This document shows, one piece after another, positions 27,508 to 36,343 of a stretch of 51,260 nt of DNA. Positions within the stretch are counted from its first letter, which is position 1, and each line of letters begins with the position of its first letter. The notes below the pieces were generated by a model that saw nothing but the letters and a program-made list of their open reading frames with translations, was not told the origin of the DNA and did not search any database. Origin of the DNA: Chitinivibrionales bacterium (GTDB lineage Bacteria; Fibrobacterota; Chitinivibrionia; Chitinivibrionales; WJKA01); assembly GCA_041641555.1 (NCBI GenBank), contig JBEPYC010000005.1, forward strand, positions 1 to 51,260, read 5' to 3'. Both the position numbers and the translations under genes were made by a program.

Positions 27508-28302
27508 TTAGAAGAACGATAAGACAAGCTGCCTGACCAATAAATGCCATCCATCCACAAGCACGAACAGTACAATTTTGAACGGCATGGAAATCATAAT
27601 TGGCGGAAGCATCATCATACCCATCGATAGCAGCACACTGGCTACAATCATATCGATTACCAGGAATGGAATAAAGAGAACGAACCCGATAATAAAGGCT
27701 GTCTTGAGTTCACTGGTAATGAAGGCCGGCACGATTACCGCCATGGAGAGGTCATCGATCGTCCGTGGCGCAGGTGATTTTGACATCCGGACGAAAAGCG
27801 CCACATCTTTTTCACTCACTTGCTTGAGCATGAACTGACGCACTGGTTTTGTAGCACGGTCAAGCGCTTCATTCCACGATATTTCTTCTGCCATATAGGG
27901 CTGCAGCGCAGTGTCATTGACCTCCGTTATCACCGGCATCATGACAAAAATAGTCAAGAAAAGAGCCAGTCCGACCAGCACCTGATCGGGCGGCATAGTC
28001 TGTGTTCCAATAGCTCTCCGAAGAAAGCTGAAAACGATGACCATTCGAATAAAGGAAGTGGCCATCATAAGAATCGAGGGAGCAAGGGCAAGCACAGTGA
28101 TCAGAAAGAGCATCTGCAGTGCCACAGAGACATCGGCTGGGTTTTCTGTATCCGCAACGGACAACGTCAGCTTCGGCAGAACCTGCGCCCCGATCGGGAC
28201 AGCGAACAAAACCAGTCCCGTTGCCATCGACGCGATTTTGTTGAAACACAGAATTCCGCTCAAGTTACAGCGGGTCCGTGCCGATAACGATAATGAGGAC
28301 AT
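27508..28302 (-). CDS. fliP: flagellar export gate protein FliP
   Basis: LTVLALAPSILMMATSFIRMVIVFSFLRRAIGTQTMPPDQVLVGLALFLTIFVMMP and FVLFIPFLVIDMIVASVLLSMGMMMLPP. Confidence 0.95.
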   Translation of the reverse strand: MSSLSLSARTRCNLSGILCFNKIASMATGLVLFAVPIGAQVLPKLTLSVADTENPADVSVALQMLFLITVLALAPSILMMATSFIRMVIVFSFLRRAIGTQTMPPDQVLVGLALFLTIFVMMPVITEVNDTALQPYMAEEISWNEALDRATKPVRQFMLKQVSEKDVALFVRMSKSPAPRTIDDLSMAVIVPAFITSELKTAFIIGFVLFIPFLVIDMIVASVLLSMGMMMLPPIMISMPFKIVLFVLVDGWHLLVRQLVLSFF

Positions 28303-28326
28303 GCATCTTCTCGTATTGGTGAAAGA

Positions 28327-28869
28327 CTATTTTTTCAGACGGTTCAGAAAAACGTTCATCGCATCCTTGAATTTTGTCACGGATACGACTCCCTTGGTTG
28401 ACGCAACCAACTCAACGGCTTTGTCCCCCTCGATTCGTTCCAATACAGTTATGTTCGTTGCTGTTTGGCCCAAAACGTACACAGCATCGCCGACACGAAC
28501 CAGAGTAACGGATCGGTTCTGACCCAACGGAAGCTGTTCCAGCAGATCCATGGAGCCGCCACCTATCTTTGAACTCCCGGCCAGCCCTCCCCTGCGAAGC
28601 ATCCATGCAATCACGACGATCAGCACAATGATAACGGCAAGATAGCCGGTAATCCGCAAAATGAGAAGTAGTAGGCTTTCCTCTTCTTGTTCCTGGCTTT
28701 CCTGCGTTTGTGTCTCGGGGGTGTTCTGTTGGCCGCCACCGTTTTCCGATGAACGGAGTTCCTTCTGCAGCTTACCCATATCAAACGAATCGCTTCTCTC
28801 TTGCCCCAAAGCCGATCCGGCAAATACACTCAGAAACAGGAGTATCACTACGGAACGCCAACGCATCAT
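28327..28869 (-). CDS. fliO: flagellar biosynthesis protein FliO (FliZ of Bacillus/Borrelia nomenclature)
   Basis: Located between fliY and fliP. N-terminal signal-like segment, TM LLLLILRITGYLAVIIVLIVVIAWML, then LLEQLPLGQNRSVTLVRVGDAVYVLGQT. Confidence 0.8.
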   Translation of the reverse strand: MMRWRSVVILLFLSVFAGSALGQERSDSFDMGKLQKELRSSENGGGQQNTPETQTQESQEQEEESLLLLILRITGYLAVIIVLIVVIAWMLRRGGLAGSSKIGGGSMDLLEQLPLGQNRSVTLVRVGDAVYVLGQTATNITVLERIEGDKAVELVASTKGVVSVTKFKDAMNVFLNRLKK

Positions 28870-29963
28870 TGCAGACTCCTGATCCTGTCTTCGGCGGAAA
28901 CCAGTGAAACGATTCTTATACCAAAGTTTTCATCTACCACAACTACTTCACCACGCGCGACCACTTTCCCATTTACTACCAGGTCTACCGGTTCGCCGGC
29001 CATGCGATCGAGTTCAACCACTGCCCCGGGCGCCAGATCCAGAATACGCTTTATAGAAAGATTGGCCGTGCCCAGCTCGATACTAACATCGAGATCGACA
29101 TCCAGCAGCATGTCCACGTTCTCTTTTGGCCCAGGAAGCCCATCGGAGACGGATAGTGAAGATTCGCTGAAACTGTCTGAGGAAGCCGGAACATTCGACA
29201 CGACACCCGCCAGATCATTCATTTCATCTTCGCTCAGCCCTATACCCGAGCCGCTGTCCTCACTCATCAGGTCTTCATCTGAGTCTTGTCCTGCCCCGGG
29301 AGCTGCCGAACAAAGTGCCTTGGCCACCTCTGTCGAGCAAAGCAACGCCATGTAAGAATCCTCTATACCTTCCACTGACATGCGAAGAATTCCCATTTGG
29401 GAGGATTCCATGTCGATACCCGGTTGTGCCAGACTGAATTCATCGACTGTGATGTTCCCGACAGACGCAGATTCCGAAAGGCGCTCGTTTATTCCTGCAG
29501 TAAAGGCTCCCAGAATCTGATTCACCAGCTCCGATATCGCGTCCTTATGGTCGTCGGTGTAGGCGGCAGTGCCATCACCAAGCATCATGAGATCGGAGAG
29601 AACCGCAACATCCTTTTTTGTAAAAACCGCAATAAGCGGTCCCTCGATTCCTCCGGTCATTGGAGCATTCACCGCAAGCAATTCCCCATCGACTTTCGAT
29701 GCGACCTGTGCCCCGTCGGCCTTGCTGCTTGTTTCGACCGAGAAACTGATAGTTCGATTCAGGACTGTGGAGAGAACGCTTTTGGCCTTATCACCAAACA
29801 ACTCGAATCCCTGCGTGAGCGCACCGTAGTTTATCTCTCCTGAACCCTCCGCACCACCCTGGCCCTCACCCTGGTTATCACCGGCACCGGAGCTGTCGGA
29901 AGTCGGACCGGACTGCTGGAGCAGATCGTCGACCTGATCTTGAGAAAGAAAATCATCACTCAT
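28866..29963 (-). CDS. fliY: flagellar motor switch protein FliY (long FliN-type, CheC-like middle region plus SpoA C-terminal domain)
   Basis: MSDDFLSQDQVDDLL. D-x3-E-x2-N core in DAISELVN. C-terminal SpoA domain VDLDVSIELGTANLSIKRILDLAPGAVVELDRMAGEPVDLVVNGKVVARGEVVVVDENFGIRI. 365 aa, versus about 100-140 aa for a plain FliN. Confidence 0.9.
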   Translation of the reverse strand: MSDDFLSQDQVDDLLQQSGPTSDSSGAGDNQGEGQGGAEGSGEINYGALTQGFELFGDKAKSVLSTVLNRTISFSVETSSKADGAQVASKVDGELLAVNAPMTGGIEGPLIAVFTKKDVAVLSDLMMLGDGTAAYTDDHKDAISELVNQILGAFTAGINERLSESASVGNITVDEFSLAQPGIDMESSQMGILRMSVEGIEDSYMALLCSTEVAKALCSAAPGAGQDSDEDLMSEDSGSGIGLSEDEMNDLAGVVSNVPASSDSFSESSLSVSDGLPGPKENVDMLLDVDLDVSIELGTANLSIKRILDLAPGAVVELDRMAGEPVDLVVNGKVVARGEVVVVDENFGIRIVSLVSAEDRIRSLQ

Positions 29964-30987
29964 CGCTACCCGGTACCTCCTTCTCGGTTATACGGGTAAT
30001 CTTGACAGCCTTTTTACGGCCGATTACACCCGACTTTCCGGCGAGTTTGGTCTTGTTTCCTACACGGACAATCAAATCACTGTTTGCGGGTTTATCAAGA
30101 CAGAGGATATCCCCGCAGTGTAACTGCAGGTAATCGCGAATAGAAAGTTTTGTCTGTCCCACAAGCACTCTGAGCGGAAGGTCAAGCGATCCGATCTCGT
30201 GTTCAACCATGCTTCGCGTCTCGGGAGTGCTCGTACTTTGTGAAGACATCCAGGACTCGCCCGAAAGCTTGTTAATAACACTTTCCAGCACCATATACGG
30301 GAAGCACAAACTCATCAATCCCGATGCATTCTGCATACGTACTTCCAGGGAGATGAGTATGACCGTCTCTCCCGGAGGCGCGATTTGGACAAACTGTGGA
30401 TTGGTTTCGTATGTTTCGATCCGTGGACTGAAAACCCCGATATGCTCCCATACTTCTCGAAGGTCATTGAGGCTCCGCTCCACGATACGGCGAATAACGT
30501 TTTCTTCGATGAGCGTCAGTTCCCGGTTCTGTTCCGATGGTCTGCCTTGCCCGCCGAAAAGCCGGTCGATAATGAAAAATACCAGCGATGGATTGATCTC
30601 GATAATGGCAGTACCCTCGAGCGGTTCCATTTTGAATACGTAAATACAACTCGGATTCGAAATTGACATAATAAATTCAGAATACGTAAGTTGATCAACG
30701 CTCACCAGTTCAATTTCAACAAATGTCCTGAGGAAGTTAGTCAGCGAGGTCGAGAATTGCCGTGCATATCCCTCGTGCAGATTCTGCAGGGTCCGCATCT
30801 GGTCCTTGGACACGCGATCGGGACGACGAAAGTCATACAGGGAAAGCGCCTTTTCGCCTTCCTGCGAAGTTCCTTCGCTCGCCGATGGAGCAGCATCGGT
30901 GGTTAAGCCACCAAAATCACTATCGCCGCCCGCGGAAACCGCGCTTAATAGTGCGTCAACTTCTTCCTGGGATAGTATATCACTCAC
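29956..30987 (-). CDS. fliM: flagellar motor switch protein FliM
   Basis: MSDILSQEEVDALL (CheY-P binding-type N-terminus), LYDFRRPDRVSKDQMRTLQNLHE and a C-terminal SpoA-like domain. Confidence 0.95.
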   Translation of the reverse strand: MSDILSQEEVDALLSAVSAGGDSDFGGLTTDAAPSASEGTSQEGEKALSLYDFRRPDRVSKDQMRTLQNLHEGYARQFSTSLTNFLRTFVEIELVSVDQLTYSEFIMSISNPSCIYVFKMEPLEGTAIIEINPSLVFFIIDRLFGGQGRPSEQNRELTLIEENVIRRIVERSLNDLREVWEHIGVFSPRIETYETNPQFVQIAPPGETVILISLEVRMQNASGLMSLCFPYMVLESVINKLSGESWMSSQSTSTPETRSMVEHEIGSLDLPLRVLVGQTKLSIRDYLQLHCGDILCLDKPANSDLIVRVGNKTKLAGKSGVIGRKKAVKITRITEKEVPGSDE

Positions 30988-31062
30988 GCTGGTGCGCTCC
31001 GTACAATAAAACGTTCGGCCTGATTCACGGTGGCCTCACTGCCCCGTGACTTCATGCCGTAT

Positions 31063-31620
31063 TCACTGAATAATGAATTCATCGAGAAGAACGTCCTTAA
31101 CCTGGCCAACTTTCTTCGGGAGCATCGTATTGAGACGTCGCAGATACTCCTTACGGATTTTTTCTTTGGTGTTCGGCTCATTCAGCTCCATGAGAGTCAT
31201 CTGTGACAACTGATCGATCAATACGTTTTTGAACTTTGGTCGAAGCAGTTCGAGGTGCTCCATAAGCTCTTTGTTCTTCGGGTCGAATTCGAGAACCACG
31301 CCGATTTTCAGAAACCGCTGACCATCTGTCTCGGCAATGTTGACAATTGCTACAATGGGTTCCTCACTGGTCACCGTGCCCAGGGAAATGGTTGGTCTGG
31401 CTCCGGCAGTGGAAACCGTGTCGGCATGCGCTTCGGACGAAGGGCTTTCGGGTTTAGGCATAGTAAATTTCACCAGAACAAAAGCCAGAGCGACATTCAG
31501 AACGATAATCCCTGCCAGAATCGCAATGAACTGAACTCGACTCCCCTTCTGAGGCGATTCCGTCTGCTCGCCGTTTGCTTTGTTCTCTTCCTTCTTTTTG
31601 TTTTCTTCTGCCATTCTCAT
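31063..31620 (-). CDS. fliL: flagellar basal-body-associated protein FliL
   Basis: Single TM FIAILAGIIVLNVALAFVLV, then FLKIGVVLEFDPKNKELMEHLELLRPKFKNVLIDQLS. Located between motB and fliM. Confidence 0.85.
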   Translation of the reverse strand: MRMAEENKKKEENKANGEQTESPQKGSRVQFIAILAGIIVLNVALAFVLVKFTMPKPESPSSEAHADTVSTAGARPTISLGTVTSEEPIVAIVNIAETDGQRFLKIGVVLEFDPKNKELMEHLELLRPKFKNVLIDQLSQMTLMELNEPNTKEKIRKEYLRRLNTMLPKKVGQVKDVLLDEFIIQ

Positions 31621-31646
31621 CCTCCTCGGACTGCTATCCCAAGCCC

Positions 31647-32375
31647 TTATCCTTCAGATTTTTTCTGGAGGTATTCAACGTAGATTTCAATCCGCCGGTT
31701 TTTCTGGCGGTTTGACGGGGAATCATTCGCTACCAACGGACGGAATTCCCCATAGCCGACCGCACTTAACCGCGAAGGGTCAATTCCGGCGCGATTTGCC
31801 AGGAATTTCACCACGTTCAAAGCTCGGGAGGACGACAGCTCCCAATTTGAGGGAAACGCCGCTGTGTTAATAGGAGTGTTGTCCGTATGTCCCTCAACAC
31901 GAATCTCGGCCTCCGGCATATCGTTTATCACGTTACTGATCTTGTAGAGCACATCGATGAACTCCGGACGGATGGAAGCTTTTCCGACCGGAAATCCGAC
32001 CGGGTCAGCCACATTTATTGCAATTCCGGTATCGGTCACCTTCACCTTGATTCCGTCTTCCAGGTTTTCCTGCTTGACGACCTTCTGGATACGACGTTTG
32101 GCGTCGACGGCCATTCGCTTATTCTGCTCATTTCCTCCCAGACGCGGTATCAGAATATCCTTATGTATCATCACCGTGGGAAACGATTCCAGAACTCCGC
32201 TGAAGGCGTTCTGAAAGGAGGACGCCGCTACCATGAATTTGGCAGGACTGATGGTCGACATCGCAAGAAGCATCACAAAGAAACAAAGCAGAAGGGTGCA
32301 CATGTCTCCCCACGTCGTCATGTATTCAGGAGCGCCCCCTTTATTTTCCTTTTTCTTTTGTTTCTTGACAGCCAT
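31647..32375 (-). CDS. motB: flagellar stator protein MotB (OmpA-like C-terminal peptidoglycan-binding domain)
   Basis: YMTTWGDMCTLLLCFFVMLLAM (conserved Asp in the TM region), EGHTDNTPI, NWELSSSRALNV and NRQKNRRIEI. Confidence 0.92.
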   Translation of the reverse strand: MAVKKQKKKENKGGAPEYMTTWGDMCTLLLCFFVMLLAMSTISPAKFMVAASSFQNAFSGVLESFPTVMIHKDILIPRLGGNEQNKRMAVDAKRRIQKVVKQENLEDGIKVKVTDTGIAINVADPVGFPVGKASIRPEFIDVLYKISNVINDMPEAEIRVEGHTDNTPINTAAFPSNWELSSSRALNVVKFLANRAGIDPSRLSAVGYGEFRPLVANDSPSNRQKNRRIEIYVEYLQKKSEG

Positions 32376-32391
32376 CGTTTTCTCGCCAGGT

Positions 32392-33165
32392 TTATTTCGC
32401 CCGTTCTTTCATTGCCTGCGCCCGCATGCCGGGCTCGATAAATGCTGTGAGTTTCTGTTCGACGATTCGCGGATTGTCACCCGATTGCAGCGACATTATT
32501 CCCTCGAGCATCAGTTCTTTTACCAGTGTCTCCATTGCAGAATAGCCTTTGAGCTTTTCGGCGAGCGGTATGAAAAGTGCATTGGCCAGAATAGCACCAT
32601 ACAGAGTTGTGATAAGAGCCACAGCCATATTGGGACCAATAGATTCGATATCGCTCATATTGCCAAGCATCAACACCAATCCTACAAGTGTTCCGATCAT
32701 TCCAAATGCAGGCGCGATAGTTCCCCCGAAATCAAACAATTTGGCGCCATCTTCGTGCCGCTGCTCGATAAAGGTGATTTCGGTGGTGAGAATGTCTTTG
32801 ATGAGATCCGGCTCCGTGCCATCGACCGCAAGCTGAATCCCCTTCTTCAGAAAGTCGTCCTGGATCTCAAGTGCCCGCGCTTCCAGGGCAAGTATTCCCT
32901 CCCGTCGTGCCTGCTCGGCAAAATCAACAAGTTGCTTGATCGTATCCACTGGTGTGAGCGACTTTACAAAGAATGCATTCCGGAGCACTCCGGCAGCATT
33001 GAACAGACGCCCCAGGGGAAACGCGGTAAACATCGCTCCAATCGTTCCCCCTACGGTTATTAAAACCGAATTAACATCGATGAAGGCGGCAATCTGGGAT
33101 ATCCCCATGCCAAACACGATCATCCCGAAGGCTACAAAAAGGCCGGTAAGGGTGGCTATATCCAT
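32392..33165 (-). CDS. motA: flagellar stator protein MotA
   Basis: MDIATLTGLFVAFGMIVFG, GTIAPAFGMIGTLVGLVLML and ITTLYGAILANALFIPLAEKL. Confidence 0.93.
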   Translation of the reverse strand: MDIATLTGLFVAFGMIVFGMGISQIAAFIDVNSVLITVGGTIGAMFTAFPLGRLFNAAGVLRNAFFVKSLTPVDTIKQLVDFAEQARREGILALEARALEIQDDFLKKGIQLAVDGTEPDLIKDILTTEITFIEQRHEDGAKLFDFGGTIAPAFGMIGTLVGLVLMLGNMSDIESIGPNMAVALITTLYGAILANALFIPLAEKLKGYSAMETLVKELMLEGIMSLQSGDNPRIVEQKLTAFIEPGMRAQAMKERAK

Positions 33166-33223
33166 AGTTCCTAATCTCTCAGGGGCTGCAACATGTTACT
33201 CCCGACAGAACCCGCATATCGGT

Positions 33224-33445
33224 CTATCCGTTCTCGCCCGCTTTTTTCTGCACGACCTGCAACGTTTGATGACAGAGTTGTTTGTATTTAATGACCTTCC
33301 GTACGATATCATCCACCGAGTTCTGCACCATCACCTTTTTCCCGGTAGTAAGTGCAATCACCGTATCGGGTGTCGATTCGAGTGACTCGATAAAATCGGC
33401 ATTCAGCACAAATTCCTGGTTATTCAAGCGCCGTAGAGCGATCAT
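33224..33445 (-). CDS. flbD: small flagellar protein FlbD
   Basis: The ATG at 33445 gives MIALRRLNNQEFVLNADFIESLESTPDTVIALTTGKKVMVQNSVDDIVRKVIKYK, a typical FlbD of about 73 aa. It lies between flgE and motA as in Borrelia/Bacillus-type clusters. Confidence 0.85.
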   Translation of the reverse strand: MIALRRLNNQEFVLNADFIESLESTPDTVIALTTGKKVMVQNSVDDIVRKVIKYKQLCHQTLQVVQKKAGENG

Positions 33446-33573
33446 AGTTCCTAAGCTTTGAAAAGAGGGTATGATTCGTGCAGGCACAGATCCTGTCGTG
33501 GCCCGATGGAGAAAGGTATGGAGGTAACGTCCACGGGACGCCATCTAAACCGTTACCGAATCGATTCTTATAG

Positions 33574-33602
33574 ATTGTATCTATCTTACTTTGTGCAGTC
33601 AA
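33574..33602 (-). promoter_or_regulatory. sigma-70-type promoter candidate upstream of flbD-motAB
   Basis: On the minus strand, TTGACT (33602..33597), a 17-nt spacer, then TACAAT (33579..33574), about 130 nt upstream of the flbD ATG. Confidence 0.6.
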
Positions 33603-33643
33603 CACGTTTTCTCCTTTGATTTTCAAGGAGTTTAGAGGGTTTT

Positions 33644-33693
33644 CCATAACAAAGTGCCCTGCCGATGCACATGAACCTGCACTGGCAGAGCAC
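33644..33693 (-). terminator. hairpin plus U-rich tract after flgE (terminator or attenuator)
   Basis: On the minus strand, GUGCUCUGCC pairs with GGCAGGGCAC (10 bp including one G-U) around a 20-nt loop, followed by TTTGTTAT. It starts 30 nt after the flgE stop. Confidence 0.45.
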
Positions 33694-33722
33694 TGATCAT
33701 ATCAAACCCCTTTCTTTCCGTA

Positions 33723-35840
33723 TTATCTGACCAGCTGGACCAGTTCCTGCAGGAGAGAATCACTGGTGGTGATAACTCGTGCATTCGCCTGGTACCCGCG
33801 CTGAGTTGTGATCATGCTGGTGAATTCAGAGGACAGCTCCACATTTGACATCTCCAGGGCACCCGGCTTTATCTTCGACGATGTTCCAAGGCCCGGCTGA
33901 TGCATCACTGCCTCACCGGAGTTATTGGAAACGGCATACATGCTGTCTCCCTTTTTGAACAAGCCGGCAGGGTTATTGAAATCTGCCACCATGATCCGAG
34001 CGACCGATTTGGTGACGCCATTGGAGTACAAACCCTGAACCTCGCCGAATTCATCCACACTGATTTCCTCGAGCTTTCCCATCGGATATCCGTCCTGATC
34101 CTTTGCGGCCGTAGTCGAAGGCGAACGGAACTGGGTAATTCCCTCGGTCGATCCCGGTGAACCGACGTTAAGGTCCATTTCAACCACATTGGAGCCATTC
34201 ATAGGATCGAACCGAAACCCGGTCGAACCATCATCGAAGGTAAACGAAGCCGGTGAGCCGTCCTGCCCGAAGGTAATGCGGCCGGTGTTACCTCCGAGAA
34301 CCATTTCACCACTCTCCATGTTGATTTCCCAGAGCCATTCTCCGGGTGTCCCTGAATGAGTGAAGGTCGTGGTCATAATGTGAGCATCGCCCGATTCGTC
34401 ATAGACCGTAATCGATGTGGAATGCTGGCCGACATCACGAGCCTGCTGAATCTGAGTATTCACCATATTCGAAATGAACCTGGTCGGTGCAGGAGTGGTC
34501 GGATCGGCATTGCTTGCAGAAAACGATATCCCTTCAAGCGAGAACGATTCGCCGGGACGTCCCCGAACGATAATGGATCCATCGGGAACCCTGTCGTCTC
34601 CATCGGAAGCAGCATCGATTGCTACCGATGGACGATCGTATTCCGTCCCGTCGGTCGGTGGAAGATTGAACGTCTGCTGGATCATATCGAGCAGCTGCGT
34701 CATAGTTGTCCCGGCAGTGTACGTCAGTTCGCCCGGCGTAACACTGTTCCCTCCGACACTTCCGTTGATCGAGATAACGTCGCCATCCTCCAGCCCCAGC
34801 TCATTACCATTAGCATCATACAATTCACTGAGCAGATCGTTTTCATCTGCCGGCGAACGCAAGGCACCGGAATCGGCACCGCCGAGACCGATCGAGGGTC
34901 CCCATGTAAACGTGTTTGAGACAAGCGCATTGGAAATCGGCCGATTACTGGTCACGTTCAGCTGATTGACAACAGCACCCGGGGTTATGTTCACTACACC
35001 CGTTGCGTTGTCGTAGCTGACCGCTCCGGCATTAACCGGATTGATCGTCGTCAGGAGAGTCTGGATCGAAGAGACCAGGTCTGCAATGGTGGTAGTTTCA
35101 CCTACCACCAGCGACTCGGTTATCTCATTTCCACCAGCATCGAGCGCCGACATCGTCAAGGTATCGTCGACCTGTAAGCCCAGATTCTGCCCGTTATTGT
35201 TGTAGAGGTCGGTGAGCAGGTCATTGTTTCCACCCGCGGTTCCATCGTTAGTGACCGCAAGAAACCTGTTGGTATGAAGAATGCTGCCCAGGGCTTCCGA
35301 GTCCGAGTCCAGATTCGAAGAATAGGAGATTTCGGTGGTTTCCTGAGCCGGTGCTTTTGATCCAAACGGAATACGAATATCGCCGATCCTGCTTCCCGGG
35401 GGGTACGATCCGTCATCGTCCGCCATCATTCCCTGCAGAACAAATCCGTTGGTTGGAGAAACAAGTCGTCCAGTATTGTCAAACTGGAGTGCTCCATTAC
35501 GGCTGTAAAAATTCCCTTCACCGTTGGAATACACAAAATATGCTCTTCCCTCTACGGCAAGGTCGGTAATCTGCCCGGTGGCTTGTAAATTTCCCTGGGT
35601 GAGAATTGTGTCGATGGAGCCGACCGACATACCCAGTCCGACCTGAATCGGATTCGTACCTCCGGCGTTTCCGGGTGGCCGCGAAGAACCACGCAATAGT
35701 TGCGCCATCGATTCTTCGAATGTAACTCTGCCGGTCTTGTAGCCGGTAGTATTGACATTGGCAATATTGTTACCAATGACGTCCATAGAGACCTGGTGGT
35801 TTCGCAAACCACTAATGCCGCTGTACAGAGAACGTACCAT
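33723..35840 (-). CDS. flgE: flagellar hook protein FlgE, unusually long (about 705 aa) with an internally duplicated insertion
   Basis: The ATG at 35840 follows AGGAGGA. N-terminus MVRSLYSGISGLRNHQVSMDVIGNNIANVNTTGYK and C-terminus ALEMSNVELSSEFTSMITTQRGYQANARVITTSDSLLQELVQL are canonical. The middle carries two related units of ~128 aa. Confidence 0.93.
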   Translation of the reverse strand: MVRSLYSGISGLRNHQVSMDVIGNNIANVNTTGYKTGRVTFEESMAQLLRGSSRPPGNAGGTNPIQVGLGMSVGSIDTILTQGNLQATGQITDLAVEGRAYFVYSNGEGNFYSRNGALQFDNTGRLVSPTNGFVLQGMMADDDGSYPPGSRIGDIRIPFGSKAPAQETTEISYSSNLDSDSEALGSILHTNRFLAVTNDGTAGGNNDLLTDLYNNNGQNLGLQVDDTLTMSALDAGGNEITESLVVGETTTIADLVSSIQTLLTTINPVNAGAVSYDNATGVVNITPGAVVNQLNVTSNRPISNALVSNTFTWGPSIGLGGADSGALRSPADENDLLSELYDANGNELGLEDGDVISINGSVGGNSVTPGELTYTAGTTMTQLLDMIQQTFNLPPTDGTEYDRPSVAIDAASDGDDRVPDGSIIVRGRPGESFSLEGISFSASNADPTTPAPTRFISNMVNTQIQQARDVGQHSTSITVYDESGDAHIMTTTFTHSGTPGEWLWEINMESGEMVLGGNTGRITFGQDGSPASFTFDDGSTGFRFDPMNGSNVVEMDLNVGSPGSTEGITQFRSPSTTAAKDQDGYPMGKLEEISVDEFGEVQGLYSNGVTKSVARIMVADFNNPAGLFKKGDSMYAVSNNSGEAVMHQPGLGTSSKIKPGALEMSNVELSSEFTSMITTQRGYQANARVITTSDSLLQELVQLVR

Positions 35841-35962
35841 GGATTCCTCCTGCATTTCAGCCGGCATTTCGCGAACAATCAGGGGCTGCCTCAGTCTGTC
35901 GGCACCCCACTACCTCCTGCAGATACGAGATCATAGTCCCCATCTGCAGGTCCAGTAACGTT

Positions 35963-36343
35963 TTAGCCCGCGATCACCGTGCTGTCGATGTTTGTAACGA
36001 TGTTGTCTTTCATTGTTTTCCCATCCATGGCTGTAATTACCGTCCTGTTTGGCACATTAACGACGAATGCGAGATCAGAGAGCAGAATCAATGAATCCCG
36101 CGATCCTTTTCTTTCCGCATTCTCGACCGCTTTATCCAACTTCCCAAGGATTTCATCGGTCATAGTGATGTTGCGACTGTGTAACCTGGTCCGGGCATGA
36201 GCCGAAAAGCGGACACTTCCTTTCGCCTGATCCAGAACCTGCGCAAAGTTCGCCTTGTTTCTGGCAACCGTGCGCGGCTTTGGTGCCGCTCCAATCTGCC
36301 CTGCAGCTATGCGCTGCTGAAGATTGACTTGTTCCGGACTCAT
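35963..36343 (-). CDS. small conserved flagellar-operon protein (type found between flgD and flgE in Clostridia/Thermoanaerobacter-like clusters)
   Basis: ATGA overlap with the flgD stop. RFSAHARTRLHSRNITMTDEILGKLDKAVENAERKGSRDSLILLSDLAFVVNVPNRTVITAM resembles my recollection of the TIGR02530-type family; this was not verified by search. Confidence 0.6.
   Translation of the reverse strand: MSPEQVNLQQRIAAGQIGAAPKPRTVARNKANFAQVLDQAKGSVRFSAHARTRLHSRNITMTDEILGKLDKAVENAERKGSRDSLILLSDLAFVVNVPNRTVITAMDGKTMKDNIVTNIDSTVIAG

Noticed and set aside
28260-28287. Sigma-28-like promoter TCAAGTTA-N12-GCCGATAA on the plus strand, inside the 5' end of fliP and pointing antisense into fliO.
   Set aside because: The spacing is one nt longer than the TAAA-N15-GCCGATAA consensus and the -35 is imperfect. 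No plus-strand gene lies downstream. A single 8-mer match is expected by chance about once in a window of this size.
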